Positions 51,831 through 64,000 of a stretch of 64,000 nucleotides of DNA are shown piece by piece (the stretch's first letter is position 1; each line of letters begins with the position of its first letter). The stretch lies in assembly GCF_963921235.1 (NCBI RefSeq), contig NC_086104.1, forward strand, positions 3,038,001-3,102,000, read 5' to 3'. A model generated the notes under the pieces. It made no database searches. It had not been told where the DNA came from and worked only from the letters and a program-made list of their open reading frames with translations. The stretch is from Mobula hypostoma (Eukaryota). The translations under genes were made by a program, and so were the position numbers.

Positions 51831-53704
51831 GCCACTGATAAATCTGATAAATATTAATGTCTTAACAACTTAACAATTTTATGAGCAGTTAAAGTACTCA
51901 GACTATTTCTCCCAGCATAACAAAGTTCAGTGAAAGCAGCAGTTGTCTGTTTCATGTCGATTTTAGTACTCCTGATGGAATTGAGACACTTTCAATCTCA
52001 AAAGGGTTGCCAGGATTAAGGTAAGAATGGATTAGTTGATTTCAATAACACAGGATACTGCAGATGCTGGAAATCCAAAGTAATACACACAAAAGGAATT
52101 CAGAAGGTCAGGCAGCATCTGTGGGGAGGAATAAACAGTTGACATTTTGGGCTAGAAGGGAATGGGGAAGACACCAGAATAAAAACGTGAGGAGTGGGGA
52201 AGGAGGACAAACTAGAAAGTGGTTTCCATGCCCAGTTCCACTTTTGTATGTGAAAATATCCTGGATCTGCTAATGCATAAACAGGGGCTCACATTCAATT
52301 GCGAGCGGACATTCATCCTGATAGTAGAGATGAGGTGTAAGCAGGTCAGCTCAGGTACCTGGTCAGCACAGAGGCTGATGTTAATATGGGTATATTGCAT
52401 GGAGTCATACTGTACAGAAACAAGTCCTTCTGCCCACCCTGTACATACTGACCCACCATCAATTCCATTTCCAGCCCTTTGTTGATGGTCCTGGTAATTC
52501 AAAGACTCATTGAGATACTTCTCAATGGGAGTGTTATGCTTTGCACAACGCTTTACAGTACCAGTGACCTCGGTTCAATTCCCGTCACCGTCCACAAGGA
52601 CTTAATACGTTCTCCCCATGACTGTGTGAGTGTTCTCCAGGTGCTCCTGTTTCCTCCCACAGTCCAAAGACAGACTGGTTGGGAGGTTAATTGGTGATCG
52701 TCCCATGATTAGGGAGGAACTTAAATCAGGGGATTACTGCGCAGCACAGTTCAAAGGGCCAGAAGGGCCTATTCTGTTCCGTATCTCAATAAATAAATAC
52801 AATGTTGTGAGAGTCTCTTCTTCTACCACTCTCTCAGGCAGAGCATTCCCGTCTCCAGCTACCCTCTGGGAGGAAGAGTTGATTTTATATCCCTCTAAAC
52901 TGTCTCAGCCGGAAACCTCAACTGTTTATTCCTCTCCATAGATGCTGCCTGACCTGCTGAGTTCGTCGAAGCATTTTGTGTCCCCTCTTTCTGTCACACA
53001 AATCATTGTCTGTGTCTCAGGTTACTCGTCAACCTTCTCTGCTCAAGGGAAAACAGATCTAGACTTTCCATTCTTACCCCACAACTGAGGTGCTCCATTG
53101 CTGGTAATATCCTGGTGAACCTTCTCTGCACTTTTTACATCAATGTCCCTCCATTCCTCAATACTTGTTAGTGTCCTCACATTCATTGTGTGTGCCCCAC
53201 CCTTCTCCTGATGTTCCGAAATGCAGCATTCATTTCATCTACCATGGCACTGCCCAGACCACCTGCTGATCAATATTCCTAAACTTCCACACCGCCAAAT
53301 TTGAGTCAAGTGCAAGTTCCACCAGTTTTTGTTCAGCACAGGATGTCAAAGGTAAAGCAGCATTGATAATGATGGGACTGAGACACACGTTGGGATATTG
53401 GAGAAGAGGAGGAAGCTGAGAAGCAAAACAGCCTGACTGACCGGCTTTAGGGAGTGATGATCCTCACAGGGACACACTGAATTTTACTCATTTCCACCTT
53501 GTCTCTAAATAAACAAAATTAATAAAAATGTCCTTTAATCAGACATGCCTAAATTAAATATTCTGCTGGCATTCCACATGCTCGATGTCCTTCTGGGTGA
53601 TAGAGGTCAGGGCTTTACACAAGAGCTTTCAAAGGAAGTGATGAAGGGATCAGCAGTGGAAAGAGTGAGTAGCTTTATGTTCCTCGATGTCAACATCCCA
53701 GAAG

Positions 53705-53950
53705 CTGGCAGCACAGTAGTGTAGTGGTTAGCACAACGCGTTACAGTACCAGTGACCCAGGTTCAATTCCCGCTGCTGGCTGTATGGAGTTCATAAGATC
53801 TTCCCGTGACGGCGTAGGCTTCCTCTGGATGCTCCTGATTCCTCACACAGTCCAAAGACGTTAATTGATCATTGTAAATGATTCCATGACTAGGCTAGTT
53901 CTGGGCGGTGTGCCTCAAAGGGCCAGAAGGCCTACTCCATGCTGCTTCTC
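53705..53950 (+). mobile_element. tRNA-head SINE (related copies near 6065, 52530 and 61880-62110 minus)
   Basis: gtgtagtggttagcac...ggttcaattccc A/B boxes followed by a conserved body. Confidence 0.65.
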
Positions 53951-54419
53951 AATAACTAAATGAGCAAAGGTCTACCCGGGGTGCAACACATTGATTCTGT
54001 CATGAAGTGGACATGCCAACAGTTCAACGAAAATAGGAGTTTGAGGAGATTTGGTATGTCACCAAAAGCTCTTGCAAATTTCTACAGATGGACGGTGGAG
54101 AGCATTGTGACTCGTTGTACAATAGCCTGATAGAGAGGCTCCAACACACACATTGCAAGAGGGTTGTAGACTCAGCCAGCTGGGGATCAGAACCATCCCC
54201 ATCATCGAGGACTATTACAGAGGCAGTGACTCAAGAAGACGGCATCCACCATTCAGGACCCTCACCACCCAGACATCCCCCTGCTCGTTACTCCCGTCAG
54301 GGAGAATCAGAATTGGGTTTAATATCACTGGCATATGTCATGAAATTTGTTGTTTTGTGGAAAAGGTACTTTACAATGCATAATAATTAATCTATAAATT
54401 ACAATAAGAAGTGTACATA

Positions 54420-56822
54420 TATAGAACATAGAACATAGAATAGTACAGCACAGTACAGGCCCTTCGGCCCATAATGTTGTGCCGACCCTCAAACCCTGCC
54501 TCCCATATAAGCCCCCACCTTAGATTCCTCCATATACCTGTCTAGTAGTCTCTTAAACTTCACTAGTGTATCTGCCTCCACCACTGACTCAGGCAGTGCA
54601 TTCCACGCACCAACCACTCTCTGAGTAAAAAACCTTCCTCTAATATCCCCCTTGAACTTCCCACCCCTTACCTTAAAGCCATGTCCTCTTGTATTGAGCA
54701 GTGGTGCCCTGGGGAAGAGGCGCTGGCTATCCACTCTATCTATTCCTCTTATTATCTTGTACACCTCTATCATGTCTCCTCTCATCCTCCTTCTCTCCAA
54801 AGAGTAAAGCCCTAGCTCCTTTAATCTCTGATCATAATGCATACTTTCTAAACCAGGCAGCATCCTGGTAAATCTCCTCTGTACCCTTTCCAATGCTTCC
54901 ACATCCTTCCTATAGTGAGGTGACCAGAACTGGACACAATACTCCAAGTGTGGCCTAACCAGAGTTTTATAGAGCTGCATCATTACATCGCGACTCTTAA
55001 ACTCTATCCCTCGACTTATGAAAGCTAACACCCCATAAGCTTTCTTAACTACCCTATCCACCTGTGAGGCAACTTTCAGGGATCTGTGGACATGTACCCC
55101 GAGATCCCTCTGCTCCTCCACACTACCAAGTATCCTGCCATTTACTTTGTACTCTGCCTTGGAGTTTGTCCTTCCAAAGTGTACCACCTCACACTTCTCC
55201 GGGTTGAACTCCATCTGCCACTTCTCAACCCACTTCTGCATCCTATCAATGTCTCTCTGCAACCTTTGACAAATCCTCTACACTATCTACAACACCACCA
55301 ACCTTTGTGTCATCTGCAAACTTTCCAACCCACCCTTCTACCCCCACATCCAGGTCGTTAATAAAAATCACGAAAAGTAGAGGTCCCAGAACAGATCCTT
55401 GTGGGACACCACTAGTCACAATCCTCCAATCTGAATGTACTCCCTCCATCACCATCCTCTTCCTTCTGCAGGCAAGCCAATTCTGAATCCACCTGGCCAA
55501 ACTACCCTGGATCCCATGCCTTCTAACTTTCTGAACAAGCCTACCGTGTGGAACCTTGTCAAATGCCTTACTAAAATCCATATAGATCACATCCACTGCA
55601 CTACCCTCATCTAAATGCCTGGTCACCTCCTCAAAGAACTCTATCAGGCTTGTTAGACATGATCTGCCCTTCACAAAGCCATGCTGACTGTCCCTGATCA
55701 GACCATGATTCTCTAAATGCCTATAGATCCTATCTCTAAGAATCTTTTCCAACAGCTTTCCCACCACAGACGTAAGGCTCACTGGTCTATAATTACCCGG
55801 ACTATCCCTACTACCTTTTTTGAACAAGGGAACAACATTCGCCTCCCTCCAATCCTCTGGTACCATTCCCGTGGACAACGAGGACATAAAGATCCTAGCC
55901 AAAGGCTCAGCAATCTCTTCTCTCGCCTCGTGGAGCAGCCTGGGGAATATTCCGTCAGGCCCCGGGGACTTATCTGTCCTAATGTATTTTAACAACTCCA
56001 ACACCTCCTCTCCCTTAATATCAACATGCTCCAGAACATCAACCTCACTCATATTGTCCTCACCATCATCAAGTTCCCTCTCATTGGTGAATACCGAAGA
56101 GAAGTATTCATTGAGGACCTCGCTGACTTCCACAGCCTCCAGGCACATCTTCCCACCTTTATCTCTAATCGGTCCTACCTTCACTCCTGTCATCTTTTTT
56201 TTCTTCACATAATTGAAGATTGCCTTGGGGTTTTCCTTTACCCCACTCGCCAAGGCCTTCTCATGCCCCCTTCTTGCTCTTCTCAGCCCCTTCTTAAGCT
56301 CCTTTCTTGCTTCCCTATATTCCTCAATAGACCCATTTGATCCTTGCTTCCTAAACCTCATGTATGCTGCCTTCTTCCTCCTGACTAGATTTTCCACCTC
56401 ACTTGTCACCCATGGTTCCTTCACCATACCATTCTTTATCTTCCTCACTGGGACAAATTTATCCCTTACATCCCGCAAGAGATCTCTAAACATCGACCAC
56501 ATGTCCATAGTACATTTCCCTGCAAAAACATCATCCCAATTCACACCTGCAAGTTCTAGCCTTATAGCCTCATAATTTGCCTTTCCCCAATTAAAAATTT
56601 TCCTGTCCTCTTTGATTCTATCCCTTTCCATGATAATTATAAAGGCCAGGGAGCGGTGGTCACTGTCCCCCAGATGCTCACCCACTGAGAGATCTGTGAC
56701 CTGACCCGGTTCATTACCTAGTACTAGATCTAGTATGGCATTCCCCCTAGTCGGCCCGTCCACATACTGTGACAGGAATCCGTCCTGGACACACTTAACA
56801 AACTCTGCCCCATCTAAACCCT
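54420..56822 (-). mobile_element. Young 5'-truncated CR1 with ORF2 open except one frameshift
   Basis: ORFs 55246-56961 and 54489-55262 overlap at a single +1 T; (ttctatg)n tail at 54421. Confidence 0.95.
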
Positions 56823-57081
56823 TATAGTATGTGTGTATATGTGTATAGGTGTGTGTGTATATATAAAAATTTAAAAAATAACCAGGACACCTGTTCTTCC
56901 AGCTAACTCTCAGAATATGTTGGAGGCATTTTTGTAGGGATTTTACCAGCCAACACTGCAACAGGACATGAGGATCACAGATTGGCCTCGTCAGTCATCT
57001 CAAGACCCACAAGTGACCAGATCAACCACCAGTAATCATACCCGATTACGAATGATCGCAGATGGTGATGATGATATATAG

Positions 57082-57863
57082 TGTAATGCCCGAGTTAAGA
57101 TTTCTACGGCAGGCTGTGAGGTATTTTATTTCAGCAGCTTTCTGTAAAAGCATTGTGTCTTGCTTTTTGGCTAAAACAAGGGGCCATGTTGTCGAAATTA
57201 GGAATGTTGTGTCAGCCAATCAGGAGTGGGATGGCATGGAGCATTCTTGAGAGCTGGATGGGAAGAGTTTTCTGAAGGACAGTTGTCCGGTTTGGTGTCC
57301 TTTGGCGGCAGGTGTGGAGAGAAGAGCACCAGGGAAGACGCCTGGAGGATCCCATCCTACGGGGAGACCCTATTGCAAGAAGTGCTTCGCAAGGCACAGG
57401 ATTCCAAGAAGGGAAGTTCTACCTGTGGTTGGTGAGGAGAATTCACCATTGTGATTAAAGCTACTTCAAGCTGCTACAGAAATGAACTCCAGCGTTTATG
57501 TGCACATTTAGACCGGTTTAACCATAATGGGCCCATTTATCTCTCTCTTTCTTTCTCTGATAACGGTTCGATAAAGTTGAAAATTGGTAAATATGCTTTC
57601 TTTATAATATTATGCTGATGTATGATCTGTCATTTCTGGGCTACCGATAACTGTGTATGGGCAGTATTTACACAGCATTCACTCAAATCAAAGTTCATTT
57701 AATCAGAATATCTTGACGTTCCTCTTTGGTTGAACCCCAAATCATACCAACCCATGACGCGTATTGGTTATGAAAGATGGCCATCTCATTGCTGAATCAC
57801 ATGGCTATTAGTGGAGTCAGCGAACGAGCCAAGTTGGTGTATGACCCTGGTGAGAGGCTTGCA
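57082..57863 (+). mobile_element. Probable solo LTR
   Basis: TGTAAT...TTGCA ends and a CCAAT box; no clear TSD. Confidence 0.45.
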
Positions 57864-59169
57864 TGTATAAAATTTTAGGAAGAAATCAAAAAAAATAGTG
57901 AGCTTGTGTTCATGAGTTCATTGTCCATTCAGAAATATGATGGTGGAGGAGAAGATGATCCTGAAATGTTGAGTGTGTCTTCAGGCTCTTGTACCACATC
58001 CTGTAATGAGTTCATCAGGCCTGTGTGGGGCGCTGGAGAGTGCTGGGCTCTGAGCTTTAATTGTTGTTTAGCGAGATTCTTTAATAGAGTCCCTTGTGTT
58101 TTCCTCGAGCAACTCACTCTTAGTAATGCATTCTCCTGTTGCTGTCTGTTTAAGCTTGTTAAGTTTATTTTGATCAGCTCAGGGATTCTGCTTTACTTGT
58201 ATTATTTAAGCGAGTGCTCTATTCGTGCTGATTGCTGGGTCCTGGTTTTGAGAATGTTACTTCTCACGGTGTTACTCAGACGAGCTCCGATGTTCTTTTG
58301 GAATTAATATGCATAAACTCTGGTTGCCGTTTCTACAGCAGTGTCCGTCTTTCCTCTACACACGGGGTCTGATATTGCCAGTGCACATTGTGACATCCCC
58401 TTGACAGTAGCAATGAAAAGCGGGCAAGTCCTGGGTGATGAGGGTCCTTAGTGTCAATGCCAAATTTCAGAGATATTGCTTCTGGAAGGTATCCTGGATA
58501 CTGGAGAGGTTGGTGCCCATGATGGAACTGGCTGAGCACATGAACATGAAGATTCAGAAATGGTTTCTAAAGTCTGCCATCAGATTTCTGAATGGTCTAT
58601 CGACACTGTTTTGTTATTCATTGTTTTACACTTTTAATTTTGTATTTACAGTAATTTTATGTGTTTGCACTGCATGCCGACCAATATTGACTCTTCCATA
58701 GTAACTCCATCGTCTGGCACCTTGTCCATCGCCCTCTCTGCCTATGTGTTCATTGTTAGTGCTGTCAGAGACCCAGTTTCTGACACTCTCTCTGGCAGTG
58801 TGTTCTGGTATTCCTGCTCTCTGGTTGAAGAGGCCCTGGCACATCCCCTCTGAATCTCTTCCCCTCACCTTAAGACCATGTTCTTGAATTTTATCTACCC
58901 CTGATATGGGGATGAGTTTTCTGCAGTCTAAACCCTATCTATGTCCCTCATGACTTTGTACACCTCAATCGTCCCCCTTGAGCTCCCCTGCCCAATGGAG
59001 ACCAGACCCAGCTTCTCCGGTCTCTCCTCATAACGGAACTGTTTCATCCCAGACAACATCCTGGTGGAGCTTCTGTCTTCTCCCACTGTTTCATTCAGAT
59101 TCAATTCCTTTACCAACCATGTTTGATTCAATATTATTGAAAGAAGATACAAAATAAAACGTTACTTAC

Positions 59170-59314
59170 CCTTCTGGCTTCAATCTCTGTTGAAAACATG
59201 CCCATTTTTTCATATAGCATATTGCTGTTATCAAGATGCAGAATAAGATGACCAGTACGAGGATACTGACGAGAATACTGGCCAAGACTTTCGAAGACCC
59301 ACCTTCATCCGCTT
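59170..59314 (-). CDS. Transmembrane exon of the VJ receptor
   Basis: Acceptor ctttgctatttttcag|AA and donor GAAGG|gtaagt; 145 nt, phase 1->2. Reads ADEGGSSKVLASILVSILVLVILFCILITAICYMKKWACFQQRLKPEG: about 25 hydrophobic residues with no charged residue, then KK stop-transfer. Confidence 0.88.
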
Positions 59315-61239
59315 CTGAAAAATAGCAAAGATTTACGTTAGTTTAATATTGGTAATGTGAATTGTCCTTTGAATGACAGGTTTAATATGTGAACATTGGA
59401 GGCCGATAGTTCTCCCTGAGACATCTCATTAACAGTCAGTAAGGGAGAGAGTGCTTTGCTGAAGGATGGACTTACTGTGCTGTTATTGTAGGGAAGGAAA
59501 GAAACATCAAGGTTATAAATAATAATAACTTATTAAAAAGCACTTTTCATACAGACAATGTAGACATTGGGATAAAGTACAAACATGAAAATTAAAATAT
59601 AAATATAATCATGAAAATAGATTAGAAGCATGGTTAAATAAATGGGTTTTGATCTGGTGTTTAAAAGTGTCAACTGAGTCTGTGTCCCTTACAGTTTAGG
59701 TTTTGAATTCCACAGTTTATGAGCATAATTCAAAAAAGGTGATCTGCCAATTATCCTTCCATTTGAGAGGCCGGCAGAAGAAGACCAGAGAACTCGATCA
59801 GGATTATAAAACAAAAATGACTCTGTGATGTACTCCGGTCCCAGACTATTAAGGGTTTTAAAAAACAAATAAGAGAACTTTAAAATCAATTTTTAAACAT
59901 CCAGGAAGCCAATGCAGAGTAGCTAGCATGGCGGTGATATGCTCCCTCAGCAGTGGTGTTCTGAATGAGTTGAAGTGTGAACATTAATAACACGGGCTAG
60001 TTTCTATAATGACTTCCATCTGCAATGTTAGTTTATTGCTCTCATTTTAATCGAAGGTGCAGGTTGTGAAACTCCAAGGACAGTGATGTTAATGTTTGCT
60101 CACCGATGAATTCCCTGGTGGCCTCCAGCACTGACCAGTACCGAGTGGGGTGAAAACAGAAGACCACGCATGCGGTGTACGGGCCGGAGGGGCGGATGGT
60201 AGTGAGGGCCTGGCCGGTAACCCCGAGTGAAGCCCGCGGACCGAACTGTGCACACTGCCGACCGTGATCCGGCTGCGATTGTCTACAGAAGGCATCACTG
60301 GTCTCCGGTGGGCAGTGGCTATTCGTTAGTTGAAAGCGTCACCAATTCACCGGGGGTGCAACCGACTCAGTCCCGGGTGCCAGATGGCGTGATCAGGTGG
60401 GAAGGAAAGTAACATCCCAAAGATGCTGAAAGTCCGAGACAAATGCTGTTGATACTCAGCAGGGCTGGTGGTGTCTGTGGAGGGAGGAACTGGGTTGATA
60501 TGTTGATATTTTCAGGCTGATGCATTTGCTGGGGCAAATGGGAGGAGGGATGGTGTCTTTGCTGCTGCTTGTCCGTGGGATTTTTGACACATCGAATAAA
60601 CACACTTGCACAAAAGTGCTAAGCAAATCCAGACATTTTTCCTTTGGTCATAACCCATGTATCTAACAGAAATGATGGGCAGGTGGAAGCAGGTGGAGGA
60701 GAAGGAGAGGTAGAGATGAGCAGAGAGAGGAAGTTCAGGTGGAGGGGACGATAGATTGAGGCTGCACACGCTGGAATCTGATCACTGTCATTATTATGTG
60801 CCAGGTCTGTATGATTTGCATGATCACGGTCTACTGATCTATGACCATCATTGTTCTTGGAAAAGTTTTCTACAGCAGCGGCTTGACATTGTCTCCTTCT
60901 GAGCACTGTCTTCACAAGATAGGTGACCCCAGCCATTATCAATATTCTCCAGTGATTGTACGCCCGATATCAGCGGTCATATAACTAGGGCTAGTGATTT
61001 GCACCAGCTGCTTGTATTACCATTCACCACTTGCTCCCCCGGCTGCTCGTGACCCTGATTGGGGTGGGGGTGGGGGTGGGGGGCTAAGCGGGTGTCACAC
61101 ATTGACCATCAGAGATGGAGGTCCTTCATTCTGCCCCAAATGCCAGTGGTGTAATGAGCAGGAAGTAGGTACTGTGAGTAAGTCCACCTTGTCCAGGCTA
61201 GCAGAGGGAAGGAGCACCTTACGCCTCCTTTGGTAGAAA

Positions 61240-61870
61240 GCTTCCTGCCACTTTTTTGCCCATTCTTCCAATTTGTCTAAGTCCTGCTTCAATCATATTG
61301 CTTCCTCAACACTACCTACCCCTCCACCTGTCTTCGTATCATCCGCAAACTTTGCCACAAAGCATCAATTCCATTATCCAAATCATTGACAAAGAATGTG
61401 AAAAGTAGCGGTCCCAATACTGACCCCTGAGGAACACCACTAGTCACTGGCAATCAGCCAAAGAAGGCCCCCTTTATTCCCACTCACTGCCTCCCGCCTG
61501 TCAGCCATTCCGCTATCCATGCCAGTATCTTCCCTGTAACACCATAGGATTTTATCTTGTTAAGCAGCCTCATGTGTGGCACGGTATCAAACACCTTCTG
61601 AAAATCCAAGAAAGTGACATCAACTGCTCTCCATTATCCACCCTGCTTGTTACTTCCTCAAAGAACTCTAACAGATTTGTCAAGCAAGATTTCCCTTGAC
61701 AGAAACCATGCTGACTTTGACTTATTTTATCATTAGTCTCCAAGCACCTCGAAACCTCATCGTTAATAATAGACACCAACATTTTCCCAACCACTGAGGT
61801 TAGGCTAACTGGCCTATAATTTCCTATCTTTTGCCTTCCTTCCTTCTTACAGAATGGAATGACATTTGCA
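61240..61870 (-). mobile_element. CR1 RT fragment
   Basis: [36 protein letters not shown] and KFADDTK. Confidence 0.88.
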
Positions 61871-62478
61871 ATCAAGTGATTCTTGATTTAATCTGAGCCT
61901 AATCCCCATATTTAATCTGAGCCAAATGAGGGGACAGTTTACAAGGACCAATTAACCTCCCAACCAATATGTCTTCGTTCTGTGGGCGGAAACCAGAGCA
62001 CCTGGAGAATAGCCATGCAGTCACGGGTAGAACGTACAAACTCCTTACAGCAGTGCACGAATTGAATCTGGGTCATCGACACTGTAACACTCTGTGCTAA
62101 CCACTACACTGGTTAGGGCAAGGGGGTAGGGCACCCAGAAGGTTAAGTTTGCGTGAGACAGGCAGATGGGTGACGGGAATGGAACTGGGTAAAGGGTCTG
62201 GGTGGAGTGAGAGACAGTATGAGTATGAAAAGCAGACAGGTAAGGAGTTATCCAAAACTGGAAAAATCTAATTTGAAATCCCAGATTGAGGAGCAATATT
62301 CCACAAAATTGTTGTCAGATGTATTAATGAAAACTAAATTATTTAATATCTTTAAGATATTTAGAAATAATCACATCATAGATTAATGAAATTAATTTAC
62401 AAAGTTGTTGTCCTGGCCCATACATGCTCATTATCTCCAGTACTAGAAATCAGTTCACATTGTGTAAACTGAACTTAC

Positions 62479-62823
62479 TAATAACAATGAGCCGGGATCC
62501 ATTCCCACTGATGTCTCCCCACACTCTGCAGTAATAGTCGGCAGAGTCATTGACCTCGACCTTTGTGACGATGAGGATGAAACTGCTCCTGGAGGAGTTC
62601 CTGGAGGGCTGGAACCTCTCAGTGAAACCTGGTCTCCTTCGTACGCTCCCTCCTGCCTCGTGTGTTAAGACCCACTCCATGTCCTGCCCGGGTAGCCTCC
62701 GATACCAGTGGACATCAATGTTTCCCACTCTGGCATTCTTCATGGTGCACCATAACCGTGCCGATTGCCCCTCGGTGATGTTCTCCTGGCTTGGGGACTG
62801 GATAAGGACTGGAGGATTGGCAA
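62479..62823 (-). CDS. Germline-joined V-J immunoglobulin V-set exon of a non-rearranging receptor
   Basis: Acceptor attttccctttacag|TT and donor ATTA|gtaagt; 345 nt, phase 1->1. Reads ANPPVLIQSPSQENITEGQSARLWCTMKNARVGNIDVHWYRRLPGQDMEWVLTHEAGGSVRRRPGFTERFQPSRNSSRSSFILIVTKVEVNDSADYYCRVWGDISGNGSRLIVI. Contains C23, W41, D-x-A-x-YYC and a J-like GxGS-x-L-x-V in one exon, with no intervening RSS. Confidence 0.93.
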
Positions 62824-64000
62824 CTGTAAAGGGAAAATATCAATTACCTTAAAAATCTTTCTGCGTAACGATGTCTAAGAGAGTAAACAGATTGAAATAT
62901 TAAATTTATAGAATTGTTTCAGCTGCACTGTATGATGCAAATGAAAGCACTTTGCTGAGAGTTATTAATTGTACAGAAATGGCTCTTATCGTATTTAAAA
63001 GCATTAGCGTTGTATTTATTGTCCTCTGCACAAGTACATACCAGGACAGATGCAATGAAACACTTGCAGATCAGGCACAGAGCATCAAATAGGCAGCATT
63101 CACAAGAAAACACCAATTATACACAAATTTTACAATAAAGAACATAATTTGAACTAAAATAAAACACAGCTCGTTTTAGTACACGGTGATCAAAATGACC
63201 ATTGTCTTGTTAAACTGTAGTGAGTCGGGTTGTGCTGCTTGGTTTAGGAATTCAATGGCTGAAGGGAAATAGTTGTTCTTGAATGTGGTGGTGTGAGACT
63301 TCAGGCTTCAGGCTCCTGCCTGATGGTAACATTGAGAAAGTAGATTGGGATCAGCTGACTGAAGGAAAAAACAACATTTGGTGGGAGAGGCATTTAAAAG
63401 TGAGATGCTGGGACGTGAGGATCAACGTGTTCCTGTTCAAGGAAGACTGGTGGGAATTGATGGAAGCTCAATACTGGCTTCAATTAGCTGTCTGGTTGTA
63501 TCATTGTGTGGTACGGAAGCTGCAAGGCATCAGACCGCAAGACCCTACAGACGATAGTGAAAACTGCCAAGAATCAGCCACACCATCCTCCCCTCTATTT
63601 GTGACATTTACCAGGACCATTGCTAACGAAGAGCTTGAAGCATTGTTGAGGGTTCCCACCACCCATCAGCAATTAGCAATTGGACTCACAATAATATTTT
63701 CTGAGGTATTTGGAAAGTTTGGCAAAGAACATATCAAATTTCATTCCAGTATCAAGAGGAGACATTGAAGTATTGAACTCATGTTGTTTGTTGTTCCTGT
63801 TCGCCCCTTGTGGCATCGGGCAGCACTTTTGCCATTTCCATAGCATTTGACTCTTTCTTTACAAGGATGAATTCTGTAATCTCTTTGACCCACTACGGTC
63901 AGGAAGGAGGGACAGGAGCATCAGGACTGGGACTGTCAGACTGGGTAACAGCTTCTTCCCTCAGGCTGTGAGACTAATGAATACCCTGTCACCTCCGAGA

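Noticed and set aside
52293-52317. Minus-strand 25-nt exon candidate (tatcag|...AAT|gtgagc)
   Set aside because: Its phase cannot be reconciled with the TM and ITSM exons.
60104-60350. Alternative frame ...LTTIRPSGPYTACVV... resembling an FN3 end
   Set aside because: No phase-1 acceptor in that frame, an upstream stop, and no FN3 Trp.

Overview
This is vertebrate genomic DNA, inferred to be from a cartilaginous fish (probably a ray) because of its CR1/Penelope/L1/Tc1 repeat landscape. About 75-80% is repeats (rough estimate), and two spliced genes face tail to tail. (1) Plus strand: the last four coding exons (1813-1913, 9537-9795, 13715-13833, 23418-23529) of a divergent ZNF395/ZNF704/SLC2A4RG-family gene with one C2H2 finger and a C-terminal C-clamp. 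Each of its introns holds a kb-scale minisatellite, two of them seeded from CR1 LINE sequence. (2) Minus strand: a phase-consistent five-exon model (62479-62823, 59170-59314, 47749-47792, 45523-45566, 43425-43538). It encodes a non-rearranging, germline-joined antigen-receptor-like VJ domain, an uncharged TM helix and a tail with TVYATV, IFYADI and TEYAVI motifs, i.e. an inhibitory receptor of NITR/APAR-like design. The leader exon was not found in the window. Most exons are invisible in the ORF track and were found by reading splice sites and phases. Also present: a near-intact Penelope element with a 12-bp TSD inside a CR1, young CR1 copies, nested solo LTRs with TSDs, a tRNA-Ser-primed LTR remnant, a Tc1 relic and a 166-N gap. 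The very long ORFs at 11-13.6 kb and 17.9-24 kb are tandem-repeat artefacts. No database searches could be run, so family assignments rest on recognised motifs.
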